A stretch of DNA of 64,000 nt, taken from Azolla caroliniana (lineage: Eukaryota > Plantae > Polypodiophyta). Under the pieces are notes generated by a model, which ran no database searches, was not told the origin of the DNA, and saw only the letters and a list, made by a program, of their open reading frames with translations. Position numbers and translations under genes: made by a program. Position 1 is the first letter of the stretch; the number at the start of each line of letters is the position of its first letter. Below, one piece after another: positions 1 to 13,000 of the stretch. The stretch spans positions 16,926,001-16,990,000 of the forward strand of contig JBHGNT010000012.1 in assembly GCA_043228905.1 (NCBI GenBank), written 5' to 3'.

Positions 1-1129
1 CCATCGACAAGAAGGGGCTAGTCTTGTCCATTTCTAAAACCCGATCAATAACTTGGTCCATTGTGCTGGTTTGGAAATCAAGGACTCCGCACATTGTTCG
101 AAGTGGCTCTTTCAGTGCGGCCAAAAAGACTGCTTTGGCTTCGTCTTCGGGTGGTGCTCTTGTCAGTTGGCTGTGCAGGGTCTGAAACCGAATGATGAAT
201 TGTGGCACAGTTTCGTTCTCTTCCTGCCGGGTGGTGTAGAACTGCCCGACCAATTCCCTTTGCTCAAATTGTCTGTGGAAAAACCTAAGGAATCTTGCCT
301 TCAAGGCATCGAATGTGGCAAAGCTGCCCGGTAAGTGCTTTGCGTGCCATTGGGCCGCCGGTCCTTCTAAGGTTATGCCGAATTCGGCGACTTTGGATCG
401 TTCGGCTTCGGGCTCCGTCAGTCTTTGGGAGATATGGTTGGCTTCCCATGTTTGGAGGAATGCGTACACGTGTGCCTCCGTGTCGGCCTCATCCCGGTAC
501 TTTGGGTATGGGTACGGCATCATGTCGTCCAACTGACTCTCCTGTTTCCTCCGCTCTCTGTCCGTTGTTGGCGTTGGTGTGAGAACCTTTGGTTCCTCCA
601 CGGGTGTTGCCGGTGTCCGGTCCGTTGGTTCCTCCGCGGGTGTTGTCGGTATCCGCTCCTTCGGTTCCTTCGCGGTTGTTGTCGGTATCCGGTCAGCCTT
701 CCTCGGCGATTGCCGGTCACCGAATTCCAGGGTTATTTCTTCCTCTGGCGCCGGTGTTACTGAGTCTTCCGACCCCTCGTCCTCCCGATCGTTTGGTGTG
801 TCGTGGCTGCTTTTATACCGAGACGCAACACTTACGTCGCTTTCCGACTCCGCCTCAAGTGTTGCGAATGCTTCCAAGTCCCCGTCGCCCGCGGCGAGCG
901 TCTGCAGTATCGTTTCCGCCTCTTGCAGGCTTGTTATGCTACTGCCTTCGTCGGGGATTTGCAGAACCCGGAACTGCAGTGCTTCTTCTGCGACTCTCCG
1001 AAGAGTTTTGGAGAATGACCGATCCCGCCGGATCTCGTCGACGGCTTGCTGCAGGGCTTCCCGTCGTTGCTCGCGTTCGGTGTATCGTCTCCCTCGTTCG
1101 GTGATGTGGTCGTCGTTTGGTCTAGACAT
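1..1129 (-). CDS. gag: Ty3/gypsy gag (retrotransposon gag domain), open to the window edge
   Basis: Read by hand from ATG at 1129: MSRPNDDHITERG...YPKYRDEADTEAHVYAFLQTWEAN...AEFGITLEGPAAQWH...FDALKARFLRFF...RQEENETVPQFIIRFQTL; no stop before base 1, which is why the ORF track lacks it. Confidence 0.85.
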   Translation of the reverse strand, partial: MSRPNDDHITERGRRYTEREQRREALQQAVDEIRRDRSFSKTLRRVAEEALQFRVLQIPDEGSSITSLQEAETILQTLAAGDGDLEAFATLEAESESDVSVASRYKSSHDTPNDREDEGSEDSVTPAPEEEITLEFGDRQSPRKADRIPTTTAKEPKERIPTTPAEEPTDRTPATPVEEPKVLTPTPTTDRERRKQESQLDDMMPYPYPKYRDEADTEAHVYAFLQTWEANHISQRLTEPEAERSKVAEFGITLEGPAAQWHAKHLPGSFATFDALKARFLRFFHRQFEQRELVGQFYTTRQEENETVPQFIIRFQTLHSQLTRAPPEDEAKAVFLAALKEPLRTMCGVLDFQTSTMDQVIDRVLEMDKTSPFLSM

Positions 1130-1165
1130 CCATCCCCCGGTTGTCCTCTGCACTTTGCAGGAATC

Positions 1166-1175
1166 GTGGTCGCCA
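1166..1175 (-). promoter_or_regulatory. Primer-binding site, probably tRNA-Arg
   Basis: Minus strand TGGCGACCAC lies just inside the LTR; complementary to the ...GTGGTCGCCA 3' end I recall for plant tRNA-Arg(TCG). Confidence 0.6.
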
Positions 1176-1181
1176 AAATAG

Positions 1182-1571
1182 TGTTGTCTGTCTGGCCGAA
1201 CTAGCCTCAACACAGGTGTCTATCCGACACTTCTCCAAAGGGGTGGTAAGGATTGGATGCTAGGTTACACGCGTAAGATGATTACAATTAAGCACAGACG
1301 GTAAACAATACGAGATACAGATAAACACGCAATAATTACTATTGTATTACTTCCGTCAAAAAACTTTACAAATCATCGGATCCTTTTATAGGCATCCGGC
1401 AAGGTTACAATCGGTGCGCTTAGGCAACCGACATCCGAATCGGTCCGGATCCGGATCGGTACAACTGTACCGGATCCGTCCCTCCGAATAATAATTCTAC
1501 TATTATTTACTTCCTATTATCCGATCCGATTCCGCCTTCCCACTTGTCCTTGCTCTTCTGATCGGCCAACA
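1182..1571 (-). mobile_element. 5' LTR of the gypsy element at the window start
   Basis: TGTTG...CAACA termini, TATAAAAG on the minus strand near 1385, adjacent PBS and gag; it interrupts another LTR at 1572. Confidence 0.75.
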
Positions 1572-1798
1572 GAACCGATTTGGTTCGAAATAATGCCTTG
1601 TGCCTCCTTTTATAGTGTTCTAAGGAATACTCCTGAAGTTTCTAGAATGTTCCAGAGAAATCTGGAATATACATCAATTTTCTATAATAAAACATAAATG
1701 AAAATAATATTCTATGTATTACAATGTATAGTCTAATGGTCAAGAGCTCGACCCATGTAGTATAAGGTCATGGGTTCGAGTCTTGCCATATCATGACA
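1572..1798 (-). mobile_element. Truncated TGTCATG-type LTR with tRNA-like segment
   Basis: Reverse complement of about 3036-3258 at high identity; ends in CATGACA. Confidence 0.8.
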
Positions 1799-1919
1799 GT
1801 AGAGAGGGTTCGTAGAGTAGGTGAGTGGGTTTGAAAATTAATTATCCCTTGAGTACTCCCTAGTCCTAGAGCCTTGTGGTCCCGCCCAAGTAACACGCGT
1901 GCGCGAAACTTCGCGATAG

Positions 1920-2609
1920 TGGGAGGGCTTTCACAAACCCTAAACGCTGAGGAGATTGGGTGCATCGATCCGGCCATCGTCAAACCGATGGTTATATTCA
2001 CGGTACCACATGTACCGTGGAACCTTAAACCAATTCCGATACTGAGAGCTCACATCCTGAAGCTGATGGAGCTGTTAAAAGAGAAGATCGAGATGGGAAT
2101 CTTCAAGCCGTCAAATGCTCCATATTCGAATCAATGGTTCACAGTGCCAAAGAAGAATGACACTTTGCGCTTCATACAAGACTTGCAACTAGTAAACAAG
2201 GTGACGATACAAAATGGAGGGGTCGGCCTGACCATCGATGCGTTTGCAGAGGCCTTCATCAAAAGGTCGATCTACTCAGTTGGCAACTTATATTCGGGTT
2301 ACAATCAATTCCAACTAGCCATCGAAAGCAGCGAAATTACGACGATGCAGACCCCTCTCGGTTTAGTTCGGATGTGTACCCTGGCGCAAGGAGGGACAAA
2401 CTTAGTGGCACACATCGTGAATGCAATGTGAATAAGGTATTGAGGGATTGCATCCTAGATATCACCTTGTCGTTCCTGGATGACATTCTAGTAAAAGGGT
2501 GTTTGGAGGATCAAAAGGACGAAACCGTCAATGATGATGGGTGCCGGAAGTTTGTGGTGGACCACATTTTTGACTGCGAGAAGATATTGTAGAGGTTGGA
2601 AAGAGTGCT
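1920..2609 (+). pseudogene. Degenerate gypsy reverse transcriptase fragment
   Basis: PHVPWNLKPIPI...PSNAPYSNQWFTVPKK...LRFIQDLQLVNKVT...TPLGLVRMCTLAQG, then a frameshift to FLDDILVKG; stop at 2590-2592. Confidence 0.85.
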
Positions 2610-3015
2610 TGTAAAAGTTAATATGCAGAAGCTTAGATAAAACGGCTCAGCCGGATAACAATAGTTGAACAGAAATGAAGGTTTAATGGAAGCTTACGAA
2701 TACATTGTACACGGGAGAGACAAAGAGACCATAATATAAACTCAATTCAAAATAATAACACTCTATACATACAAATGTCCTACAGAATAGTTTATATACA
2801 AGTCCTCAATGCTCATACGAGCGACTGACACTAACTCCAAGGAAAATGCTTACGTACTAGGCTTAGACCGTAGGCTCCAATAGCCTACCGGTTCCAGTCA
2901 GCTTTGTCCTTCTTGACTCTACCACCGTTGCCGCTTGTTCCGACTTTATCGGATGTGCCAACTTCTTCAGTTGACTCGGCTTCCTTTTTCTTCTTGTCTC
3001 CCGGACTCCCCTTGC
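2610..3015. mobile_element. LTR-like fragment
   Basis: Begins TGTAAAAG exactly where the RT similarity stops; interrupted at 3016 by the next LTR. Confidence 0.4.
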
Positions 3016-3483
3016 TGTCATGGCATGACATGGCATGACATGGCAAGACTCGACCCCATGACCTTATGTTACATGGGTCGAGCTCTTGACCATTAGACTA
3101 TATGTTGTAATATGAAGAATATTATTTTCATTTAGGTTTTACTATAGAAAATTGATGTATATTCCAAATTTCTCTGGAACATTCTAGAAACTTCAGAAAT
3201 ACTCCTAAGAACACTATAAAAGGACGCACAAGGCATTATTTTGAACCAAATCGGTTCAATGCCAGTCTTAAGCCTCCTAGCTATTATTGTATATTCCCTT
3301 AACATAATTTATATATATTTTGTTATCCTCATTCTCTCTCTCTCTCTCTCTCTCACTCTCACTCACTCTCTCCTTCTCTCGAGAGTTCTACACCTCCCTT
3401 AGTACTAATCCTCATCTTTTAGTACTAATTCCTTCTCTATTTTAGTACTATTTTTTATATAGTGTGTGAAGATTCACACGACA
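3016..3483 (+). mobile_element. TGTCATG...CACGACA LTR (5' LTR of a deleted gypsy element)
   Basis: Near-inverted termini, TATAAAAGG near 3214, CT tract, followed by pol remnants; same termini as LTR 61164-61712. Confidence 0.8.
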
Positions 3484-3799
3484 ACGCATACGAAATGTTG
3501 TTTTTGGAACATCATCCTCACTTATACGAATTTGATGGTAGCCAGTACAGAGATCAAGTTTCGTAAAATACCGAGCTCCCTAGAGACGGTCAATTAGATC
3601 GTCAGCCCGAGGCAATGGATACGAATTCTTGATCGTCACTTTATTCAAGCGTCGGTAATTAATACACACACACGCCATGTGCCCTCTTTCTTTTTAACCA
3701 AGAGAACTGGTGCACTTGGTTGATGGAAGAGTACAATACATCAACGGGGCGATTCATTCATTATGAATTTCTATTGATACTTATATAAAGGAAGTAGAC

Positions 3800-4326
3800 T
3801 TCCATGTAATGAATCTTTGTACCACTGATGTAATACTGGGTTATCCCTGGTTTATAATAAAAACTCTTCTTTATTTATTGATTGGGTTCATCATTCCATT
3901 TCCTTTGTACTGAACGATTGCACTCATTTTATTCAATGTGTAAAAAAACAATCCCTCTCGATTGTTTCCTCTCCATCAATATCTGAGTTGTCTTGTTCTA
4001 CTCTATTTTATTGTGTACTTGATCCGGACATTCACGTTTACAATATCGATAATGTCTCGATTCAATTAACATATTTTGAACAACAACAACTTGATGAAAT
4101 CTTAAATGATTTTCTTGATGTTTTTCCGAGTGAACTACCAGATGGGTTACCTCCTAAACGTAATATAGACCATCGTATACATATTGTACCTGGCGTTGCA
4201 CCAATAAGTATACCTCCTTATCGCTTAAGTCGATCCGAAGAGGATGAGGTATCTAAGCAACTCAAGGACTATTTACGAATGGGTTATATACGTTATAGTA
4301 AATCTCCATGGGGTGAACAGGCATGA
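3800..4326 (+). pseudogene. Gypsy protease end and RT N-terminus remnant
   Basis: DVILGYPW near 3828; DVFPSELPDGLPPKRNIDHRIHIVPG...PPYRLS...YIRYSKSPWG. Confidence 0.8.
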
Positions 4327-5904
4327 CCATATAATATCTCGTGGTGAGAATTTACCGTAGTATTCTATATTGTTTGATTGGAGAAGAGTTGCCTACAACG
4401 TTTTTTCCAGAGAGTCCAATTGACTCTTGACGACATCTCAAGATGTTATAATGAAGGGGGTAGCTAGTGCCCATTATGTGTCCCAATTCATTAACTTCCC
4501 AATTTTCCATGTGTTTTCATGTGTCACAATTTCTTATGAGTTTGTCCCAAGTCATAAGGTAACTAGTTTTCCATTTATGTATTGTTAACATATGGATTAT
4601 TATGTGTCATGTTCTTCACTATCTCTATCGAGCACTTTAAAAGCTCAAATCCACTTCATGAATGAGTAGTTTGTGCACCTATTTTTACTTTTGGCAACGT
4701 TTGTTTTTGCATATTCCTATATGAACTATATTTGTGTTGAACTTTGAACATCATTCTTTTGTCATTCCCCTCTACAAGTCTCGTTCGATGGGATGTTTTG
4801 TGATAAGAACACAACATTATGATGCAACTCATCCTATGTTGATGCCTATAGACACCACACAATCTATGATCTACCAATGATTGAAATTCAAGTAGTTCCA
4901 AGTGTTCATCGTACATTTACATCATAGCACACACCCCCAATATCATGTGCATGCAAGCACAACAAAGAGTTTGAGTAGATTTCATGATTTGTTGGAGTTG
5001 AGTGCATACCCGTTGTCAATGAGGGATGTGAACAATTATATAAATCTCGACGTAGACCCCTTCGAAGAGGAATTATCCATGTGAATGCTAAGAGTGCTTG
5101 ATCCATTGTAGACCCATCAAGATATCGTAGCAATTACAAAAGTTACGGTGAAATGACTCTCTTAATTTAAAAGTTTGAGTGAGAAATTAAATTCAAGCTA
5201 TAAACCAACAACATAGTATGATACAAAGGATATTGGATCTTCTTCTTAAGTTTGCACAACAAGCCTGGAATAAAACAATTGTTCAAATGTTTACTTTCAT
5301 TGATTATGTCTCTATGGCACTAAGGCAAAACTCTATTCATAAATTTATCTCTAATTCATGCGTGGTTGCTTGCATTATTGTCTGTATGTGGATGGTGGAT
5401 GATACTGGATTTGTGGGGGCGCCGGAAAAGAGTAGCTTCACCTTAACATGTGGTTCACTCATGCTCATTTTGACATGACCCTAAGAGTCTACACTTTTCT
5501 AAATGGCTTTGAAATATAAGAAACATTAGAGGGATATTCTTCTTATGATGGAATCGTGCTTGGGAGATCATGTGACTTTATGATATGTCTAGGTGTTGAT
5601 CTACTTATATCCTTATGGACCTACCTACAAATATCATTATAGCGTGACACAAGTGTCAACCATGATCACGTTGCAAATGAGCTCCTAAGAACGTGAGCAC
5701 ACTTCAGTTACCTACAACACATATAGGAGATCACATACAAATCAACAAAGACGTGCTCGTGCTAATCAGTTAAAAAGGATCAATCAAGGGCACCCGTTTA
5801 AGAGATAACGGAACGCTCAAGAGTGTATCAATAGGGACTACCACAAGCAAACAAAGAGGGCAATGGGAGAATGATGTTTGTCATAGTCTTCACATACAAC
5901 TGCA

Positions 5905-6668
5905 TATGTACACATACATACATACATACATACATACACATGCATACATGCCTTCTCTAAGCCTTGTCTTCCACTTCAAACCCTCATACATACATAGATA
6001 CATACATACATACACATGCATACATGCCTTCTCTAAGCCTTGTCTTCCAATTCAAACCCTCATACATACATAGATACATACCCATACATACATGCCTTCT
6101 CTAAGCCCTGTCTTCCACTTCAAACCCTCATACATACATATACATAAATATACACACACACATACATACACATGCATACATGCCTTCTCTTCCACTTCAA
6201 ACCCTCATACATAGATAGATAGATAGATACATACATGCCTTCTTTGAGCCTTCTCTTCCACTTCAAACCCTCATACATACATACATACATACACACATAC
6301 ATACATACATACATACATACATACATACATACAGACACACACATACACACATACATACATACATACATACATACATACATACATACATACATACATACAT
6401 ACATGCATACATACATACATACACACACACACACATACATACATGCATACATACATACATACATACATGCATACATACATGCATACATGCATACATACAT
6501 ACATACATACATACATACATACACACATACATACATGCATACATACATACATACATACATACATACATACATACATACATACATACATACATACATACAT
6601 ACATACATACATACATACATACATACATGCCTTCGCTGAGCCTTCTCTTCCACTTCAAACCCTCACAC
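5905..6668. repeat. Compound repeat: six copies of a ~38-bp unit separated by variable (CATA)n tracts
   Basis: ATGCCTTCTCTAAGCCTTGTCTTCCACTTCAAACCCTCA-like units near 5948, 6025, 6092, 6180 (shortened), 6235 and 6627; longest (CATA)n about 350 bp. Confidence 0.95.
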
Positions 6669-6721
6669 AATTCCTCTATTTCCTCTACTTCCTCGTCCTC
6701 CTTATTCTTACAAGTTACTTC

Positions 6722-6756
<35 letters not shown>

Positions 6757-7018
6757 GCGGAAATTAGGGTTTCCAGCTTTCCTGTGTCCTCCCCTCCCTT
6801 CTTTCTTCTCCCCTAAACCACACTTCTCCCTTTTCCTGTGCTCCTCGCAAAGCGCTTAGGTTAATAACAACAACAACAACAACAACAATAATAATAAGAA
6901 GATATGCTCTTGACCTCCGTTCCTTCCTCAAGCATCGGGCTCCATGAACTGTAGAGATATACCAATGAAGATCTGATAGAACTGCTCGAGGGTGTGGAAA
7001 CAGAAGAAGATTCTGGCC

Positions 7019-10000
7019 ATGAAACCTCGGAGAAAACGAAATGTCGAGGCAGTAAGTAGAGCTTTTCCTTTTCATCTCCCTTTTGTTTCTTTTTCAATAC
7101 GAATCCAAGTCATGTTTTTATGTTATATGATTTAGTTTCAAATTGAAAAAAAGGTTAGCTTGTAGCATTCATGATATGCAAGGAACTGTCTTTTTGGGTT
7201 AAAATCTAAATCATGTGTTGGTGTCTAAGGAATCAATGATATGTTTTTCCTGCTTTGATCTTTCTTTGTTTGAAATTTGAAGCCCTCTTTTTAGCTTTCA
7301 TGTTCTGGAATGAAGCCTGTTCTGTTGAATCCTATCATCATTTGGACTTTATAAACTAGGGTTAACAACTATCCTGAAATCGAACTATTTTTCCTGCTAT
7401 GTTATTATGTCTGGAAATAGAAATAACCATCTTTTAGCTTTCACGGTATCGAAGCAAGTTTGGTAATATATTGAAACCTATCATCGTTTGATATGATAAA
7501 CCATAAAAAATGGATTTTTACAGATACTCTCGTTAATTCAATCATCATGTGGCAATGTAAGTTAGGATATAGGCAAATATTTTCCATCTGGATGGTTACA
7601 ACATAGATTTCCTGACATAGAAAGAAGTCTGCTGCATTGAAATTTATGATTGGGTGGTCTTCCTAAGGTAGGTTAATTGCTATATTATGCATCAGTGAAT
7701 GGTTTTCTGTTTGAAATTTACCTTTCACTTTTTTCGTGACATAGAAGGAAGTTTGTTGAAGTTTTGAACTCTATCGTGAGGTAGCTTAAATTAATGTACA
7801 GAATTAATTGCTGTTATTCATGTAAAAAATGTTTTGCCTGCCATATTTTTTGAATCTGAAACGATAACATGTTATCTGCATGCTATAGAAAGAAGTTTGT
7901 TGCATTGTAGTCTATTGTCATCCGGCCCTTGATGTCAGGGTTAATCTCTATTATTTGTCAAAAACGGATTGATATTCTATATTGTTGTTTCAAAAGTGGA
8001 ATGTGTCTTTAATTTTGTGGTATGGAAGGAGGTGTATTGGCTGAAATTGAAGGAAGGATGCAAATTATGGCTAGTATGCCATAAATCCATTGCAAAGGCT
8101 TATTACGTTAATTCTGTAGTTTGCGCATCTGTTATATTCAGTATTAGAACACGAAATCTGAATATACATAAGAAAGGGACTTAATACTTTGTTTTTAAAC
8201 TCCTTTTTGCCAGCCGGAAAATGTCAAAAGTTTCATTTCTGGCATCATAAACATTCCTTTAGAGAATATCCAAGATCGGCTCTCCGATTTTTCTTGGCAT
8301 TATGAGAAGGTACTTCCGGATCAATATATATGTATATGTTGCTATGCGCAGGCTAAAATATTTGTGGCCAACTATGAATTGTTGGTTTTCAGGGAGATTT
8401 CCATCATTGGGAAGATCTTTTTCGTCATTTTGACCTTTTCTTTGAGAAGCATGTCAAGCCAAGGAAAGATTTGCGGTTGGAGGAAGGCTTTCTAGAGTTC
8501 CAGGACGAGCTACCTGAAGGGGCTATTTTAGAGATTCTAAGAGTATCTCGGATAATCTTTGAAAAATGTGCAAACAAATACCTCTATAAGTCACATGAGG
8601 TAAATAACTACATAACATTGTAATATGACAGTAAATTCATTTACAATAAAATTCCATTTTTAGCTGGTTCGTTTCATTTTTCATAAGAAAGTCAGATTGT
8701 ACGTTCAAGTGAATGGTGTAGATGTGTGCATATTTGTTATAAATACATTATACCTGAGCTAAATAACTCCAGAATTATTGTGATATAACAACAATTTTAT
8801 TTATAATTATATTGTTGCATGTATTGCTGGTTTGTTTCATTTTCATAAGAAAGTAAAGGCTGTAGCATCAAATGAATGGTGTAGACATGTGATTATTTGT
8901 TCCATATATATCTTGTTTATTTGCTCATAAGAAAGTAAGACTAGCCTTAAATGAATGGTGTAGATGTGTGCTTGTTTGTAAGAAGAAGATCAATGCAGAT
9001 GCATGCCAATTTATGAGGGTGCAATATAGTATTGAGGATATTTTCTATAGTTAATTATATCCACCTGGTTTTGAGCTTAGATTTGACATCCTGCATTAGA
9101 GAAGTGAAACAGAGGGCATTATCTATGTAGGAGGGATGTGTAGACTGCAATTTGCGAGGTAGTAATGCTAATAGCTTTCATTGAAGTGTACAGAGTACTA
9201 TTGCAGAGCATACAAGCACATTGTTATTGTCTATTTATCTTTTTCTTATAGTTTTCCTTGAGAATTCTGTATTTTCTATGGTATGCTTATGAATCACTCT
9301 TTTATATGAGAGGATTGGAGATGCTCAGTAATATGAGAGAAAACACTTTCTCGTAGGAAAAAGAAAGTAGACTACTAAATTGCAATTCAATGAGGCCAAT
9401 GCTTGTATGAGACCAAATTTTTATCGAGTTGAAAGATGAAATCAGTCTTCCATAATGCTTCCAATTTCTGTTCTATTCTCATTGTCTAGGTATGTTCAAA
9501 CGATTTCTTCAAATGCATTTTAGACTAACCTGATGATTTAAGTATTTGTTGCAGAGTCTTTTGTTGTTGCTTGCATCAACAAATTCTGGGATTGTTTGTT
9601 CTGCACTGCAGACACTAGCTACACTTGTGAAAAGACCTGCTCAATCCACTAAGTCTGTGCGATGGCATGGTGACTCTGTGTTTAATGCACACCTATTCTC
9701 TTTATCTCAAGGATGGGGGGGAAAGGAAGAAGGGCTTGGGTTGCTATCATGTGCAATTGAAGGTGGTTGTGATGCTGATGCCTTCAAGCTAGCTTCTGCC
9801 CTTCATTATGAGTTTTATGAAGATAACCCATCAGGAGAAGGTGTTTTGGAATCAGGGCAAGGATTGAAGGTTATACATATTCCTGATGTACATACAAGGC
9901 CAGAAGGTGACCTCTTACTTTTTAAGCAGCTAGTAGATCAATATCATGTGCCTCCGAAATTGAGATTTTCTTTGTTCACTCGATTAAGGTTCGCACGAGC

Positions 10001-13000
10001 ATTCCATTCTCTAGAAAATCGAAGGCAGTTCATTTGCATTCGACTTCTAGCATTTGCTACTCTCTTGCAATCTAACCCAGATCATGAAGACCTTGCAGCC
10101 TTTTTTGTGAATGAGCCTGAATTCGTAAATGAGTTGGTATCACTTTTGCAGTCAGGAGACGAAGTTCCGGAGGATATTAGGGTTTATGCTATTCGAGCTT
10201 TGGCTGCTCAAGCTCAAGATCGTCCTCGCCAATCAAATGTATTGAATGTTGTAAGTGCTGGTGGGCACAGGGGTATATTACCAAGCCTTGTTCAGAAAGC
10301 AGTTTCAACGACATGTTCTATTCCATTTGCAGAAGCTATTTTTTTCCTGGTAACTGTTTTGGTCTCTTCATCCGCTGGTTGTGCATCACTAAGGGAAGCA
10401 GGGCTCATACCCACTTTATTACCTCTTCTAAAAGACACAAATCCACAACATATTGATCTTGTGATATCTGCTGTACATATACTTGAAGCATTTATGGATT
10501 ATAGTCATTCAGCAGGTACTTTATTCAGGGACTTGGGTGGGCTAGATGATACTATAATGAGGTTACAGTATGAAGTAACCCATGTTGAACGCCGAGCTAA
10601 AGATGAGCGAGGAGAGATGGAAGTGTCAGACAAGGACAAAAGTAATATATCTGAAACTGGCACAATGCGTATGGCTGGTAATAGTGAAACCCTTATTCCT
10701 TACCGGCACCGCCTCTTGCTCAAGGCATTGCTTCGTGCCATTGCACTTGGAACCTATGCTTCTGGTAATACTTCAAGATTACAAGGATCAGAGGAAAGTG
10801 CTCTCCCTGCGTGTTTGTGCACAATCTTTGCATATGCAAAAGAATTTGGAGGTGGTGTATTCTCTTTAGCTGCCTCTGTGATGAGTGATCTCATAAACAA
10901 AGATCCTACATGTTTTCCAACACTTGATGCTGCTGGTTTGCCAACTGCTTTTTTGGACTCTATTACTGCTGAGGTTTTACCATCATCAGATGTCGTTGGC
11001 TGCATACCCCATGCATTAGATGCATTATGTCTTAGTAATATTGGTATGCAAAAAGTTCTTGATTCTAAAGCATTGGAGTGCTTTGTGAAGATTTTTACTA
11101 GTAGGTTTTATCTCAAGGCTCTGAGTGGGGATACGCCAGCAGCCATAGCTTCAGGATTAGATGAACTCATGCGACATGCACCCCCTTTGCGAGATCCAGG
11201 AGTAGATGCATGCATCAATATTCTCAAAAGGATTAGAGTTATGGGAGGTGGTGACATATCTGAGGTAGAAGAGTCTGATGTACCTACTCCTATGGATATG
11301 GATTCGGGTCAACAGATATCTAACCTGAAAGAAGAGATCAAAACAATTCAAAATGAGCTGGGCGATGATGCAATCTCAGAGGCTTTTCTCCTTGAATGCA
11401 TAAACAACAGTATACAAATGCTAGAGACCATGTTCCAAACTGCAGATACTTGCAGAACATTTATTGAGAAGAAAGGTATTGAAGACCTTCTAAAGCTTTA
11501 CAGTCTTCCTCGGTTGCCTATTTCATTTGGAGGAACTTCAACTGCATACAACTTATTTTTGACTTTCAGAAGTTTCTCATCTCATCATGGCAGTACTCTT
11601 GCAAAGGCAATTTGTAAAGCAATTAAGGAGAATATGAGAGCCACTGCTAGCTCCCTAGTATGTATGAAATTCTCAGATATAGAGGCTGAGTTGCGTGAAA
11701 GAGTGGCAAAAAATCTTTCTGCAGCAGAATGTTTTCTGTCACTAGCAGCATTTCTTGTGCGAAGTGTACCTCTCATGATGACAGAAATCAACAGTGGGGG
11801 TACTGATCTTTTTGATGATATAGGGAGTGTCCAGAGATGGGCGCTATGGCAGATCTCTCTTGTAGATGATAAAAAGATTGAATCAAAGACAGAGGAAGAG
11901 TCTGTGAGCAAGGATATTGCGACAATGGAGACCCACGCTGAAGTGACAGAAAATGAAAATGAAACTGAATCAGGTCCTGTGCTTCGGTATGTTAGTACAG
12001 GAAGCTCTCGAAGTAGATGGGGGTTTGAGCCTGATACAATTCCTTTGTTATCCACAGAGCAACATGGTCGACGTTCTCGAAGAGAGACCATGGGAACTGA
12101 ACTTCTTCTGAATCATGCATACCGATTGGCAAGTAGTCGTACTGTTCGCAGTGAATTAGGGTCCAGTGGTAACCCACTTGATATTCTCTCACCTGAAGAG
12201 AATCCCAAACTCAAGTCTTCAGCGACACTGTATTCTGAGATGATGACTCGATTATCAGCTGCAGCAAGAGGGTTATATGCTGCATTAAGCAAGGCCATGA
12301 CTGTGCCTTCACGTCATCGTGATGATGCTGTTACAGTAAGTCCAGCAGCAAAGGCTATTGCCTCTTCCTTGGCCTGCCTTTTCCTCAAGAATCTAGAGTT
12401 TAATGGGATGCTAGATCCATCAACGTCCTCATCCTCAGAGGTTGCAATGTCTGTCAAGTGTAGGTATTTAGGCAAAGTGGTTGAAGATATAACAGCTGTG
12501 ATCATTGACAGTAAGAAGAAAACTTGCAATACAATTATGGTCAATTGTTTGTATTCACATGGTACCTTGAAAGAGCTGTTAACTACCTTTGAGGCTACAA
12601 GTCAACTTCTTTGGACAACTTTGCCAATGGAAACCGAAGCAGATAACATGGAAGCCAAGAAGGGAGATAACACAAGTGAGGAATCATGGCTCCTAGACAC
12701 ATTGAAGAATTATACAAGGCTGATGGAATACCTGGTCACCTCTTCCACACTTTTGGTACCTGTTTCCACTCATTTGACTCAACAGATGAGTGGAAGTACC
12801 ATCCCTGTCCCCAAGGATCCACATCACTTTGTTTTAGCCCTTCAAGCACAGGTTTTGGAAGTTGTTCTTCCAGTGTGGAATCACCCAATGTTCATTCAAT
12901 GTAACCCATCATTCATCGATTCAGTTTGCTCCATAATAAAACATATTTACAGTGGTGTGACAGATTTGAGAGTACAGCAGACTGCAGATGTAGGTATTGC

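Noticed and set aside
53-1181. Plus-strand ORFs of 93-200 aa
   Set aside because: Antisense shadows of the minus-strand gag.
1722-1790. Genuine tRNA gene (also 61600-61670)
   Set aside because: Acceptor and anticodon stems do not pair; only promoter boxes and spacing remain, inside LTRs.
5905-6668. CRISPR-like repeat-spacer pattern
   Set aside because: Spacers are microsatellite, context is eukaryotic and no cas genes are present.
6120-6859. ORFs of YVCM/HTYI repeats
   Set aside because: Translations of the (CATA)n microsatellite.
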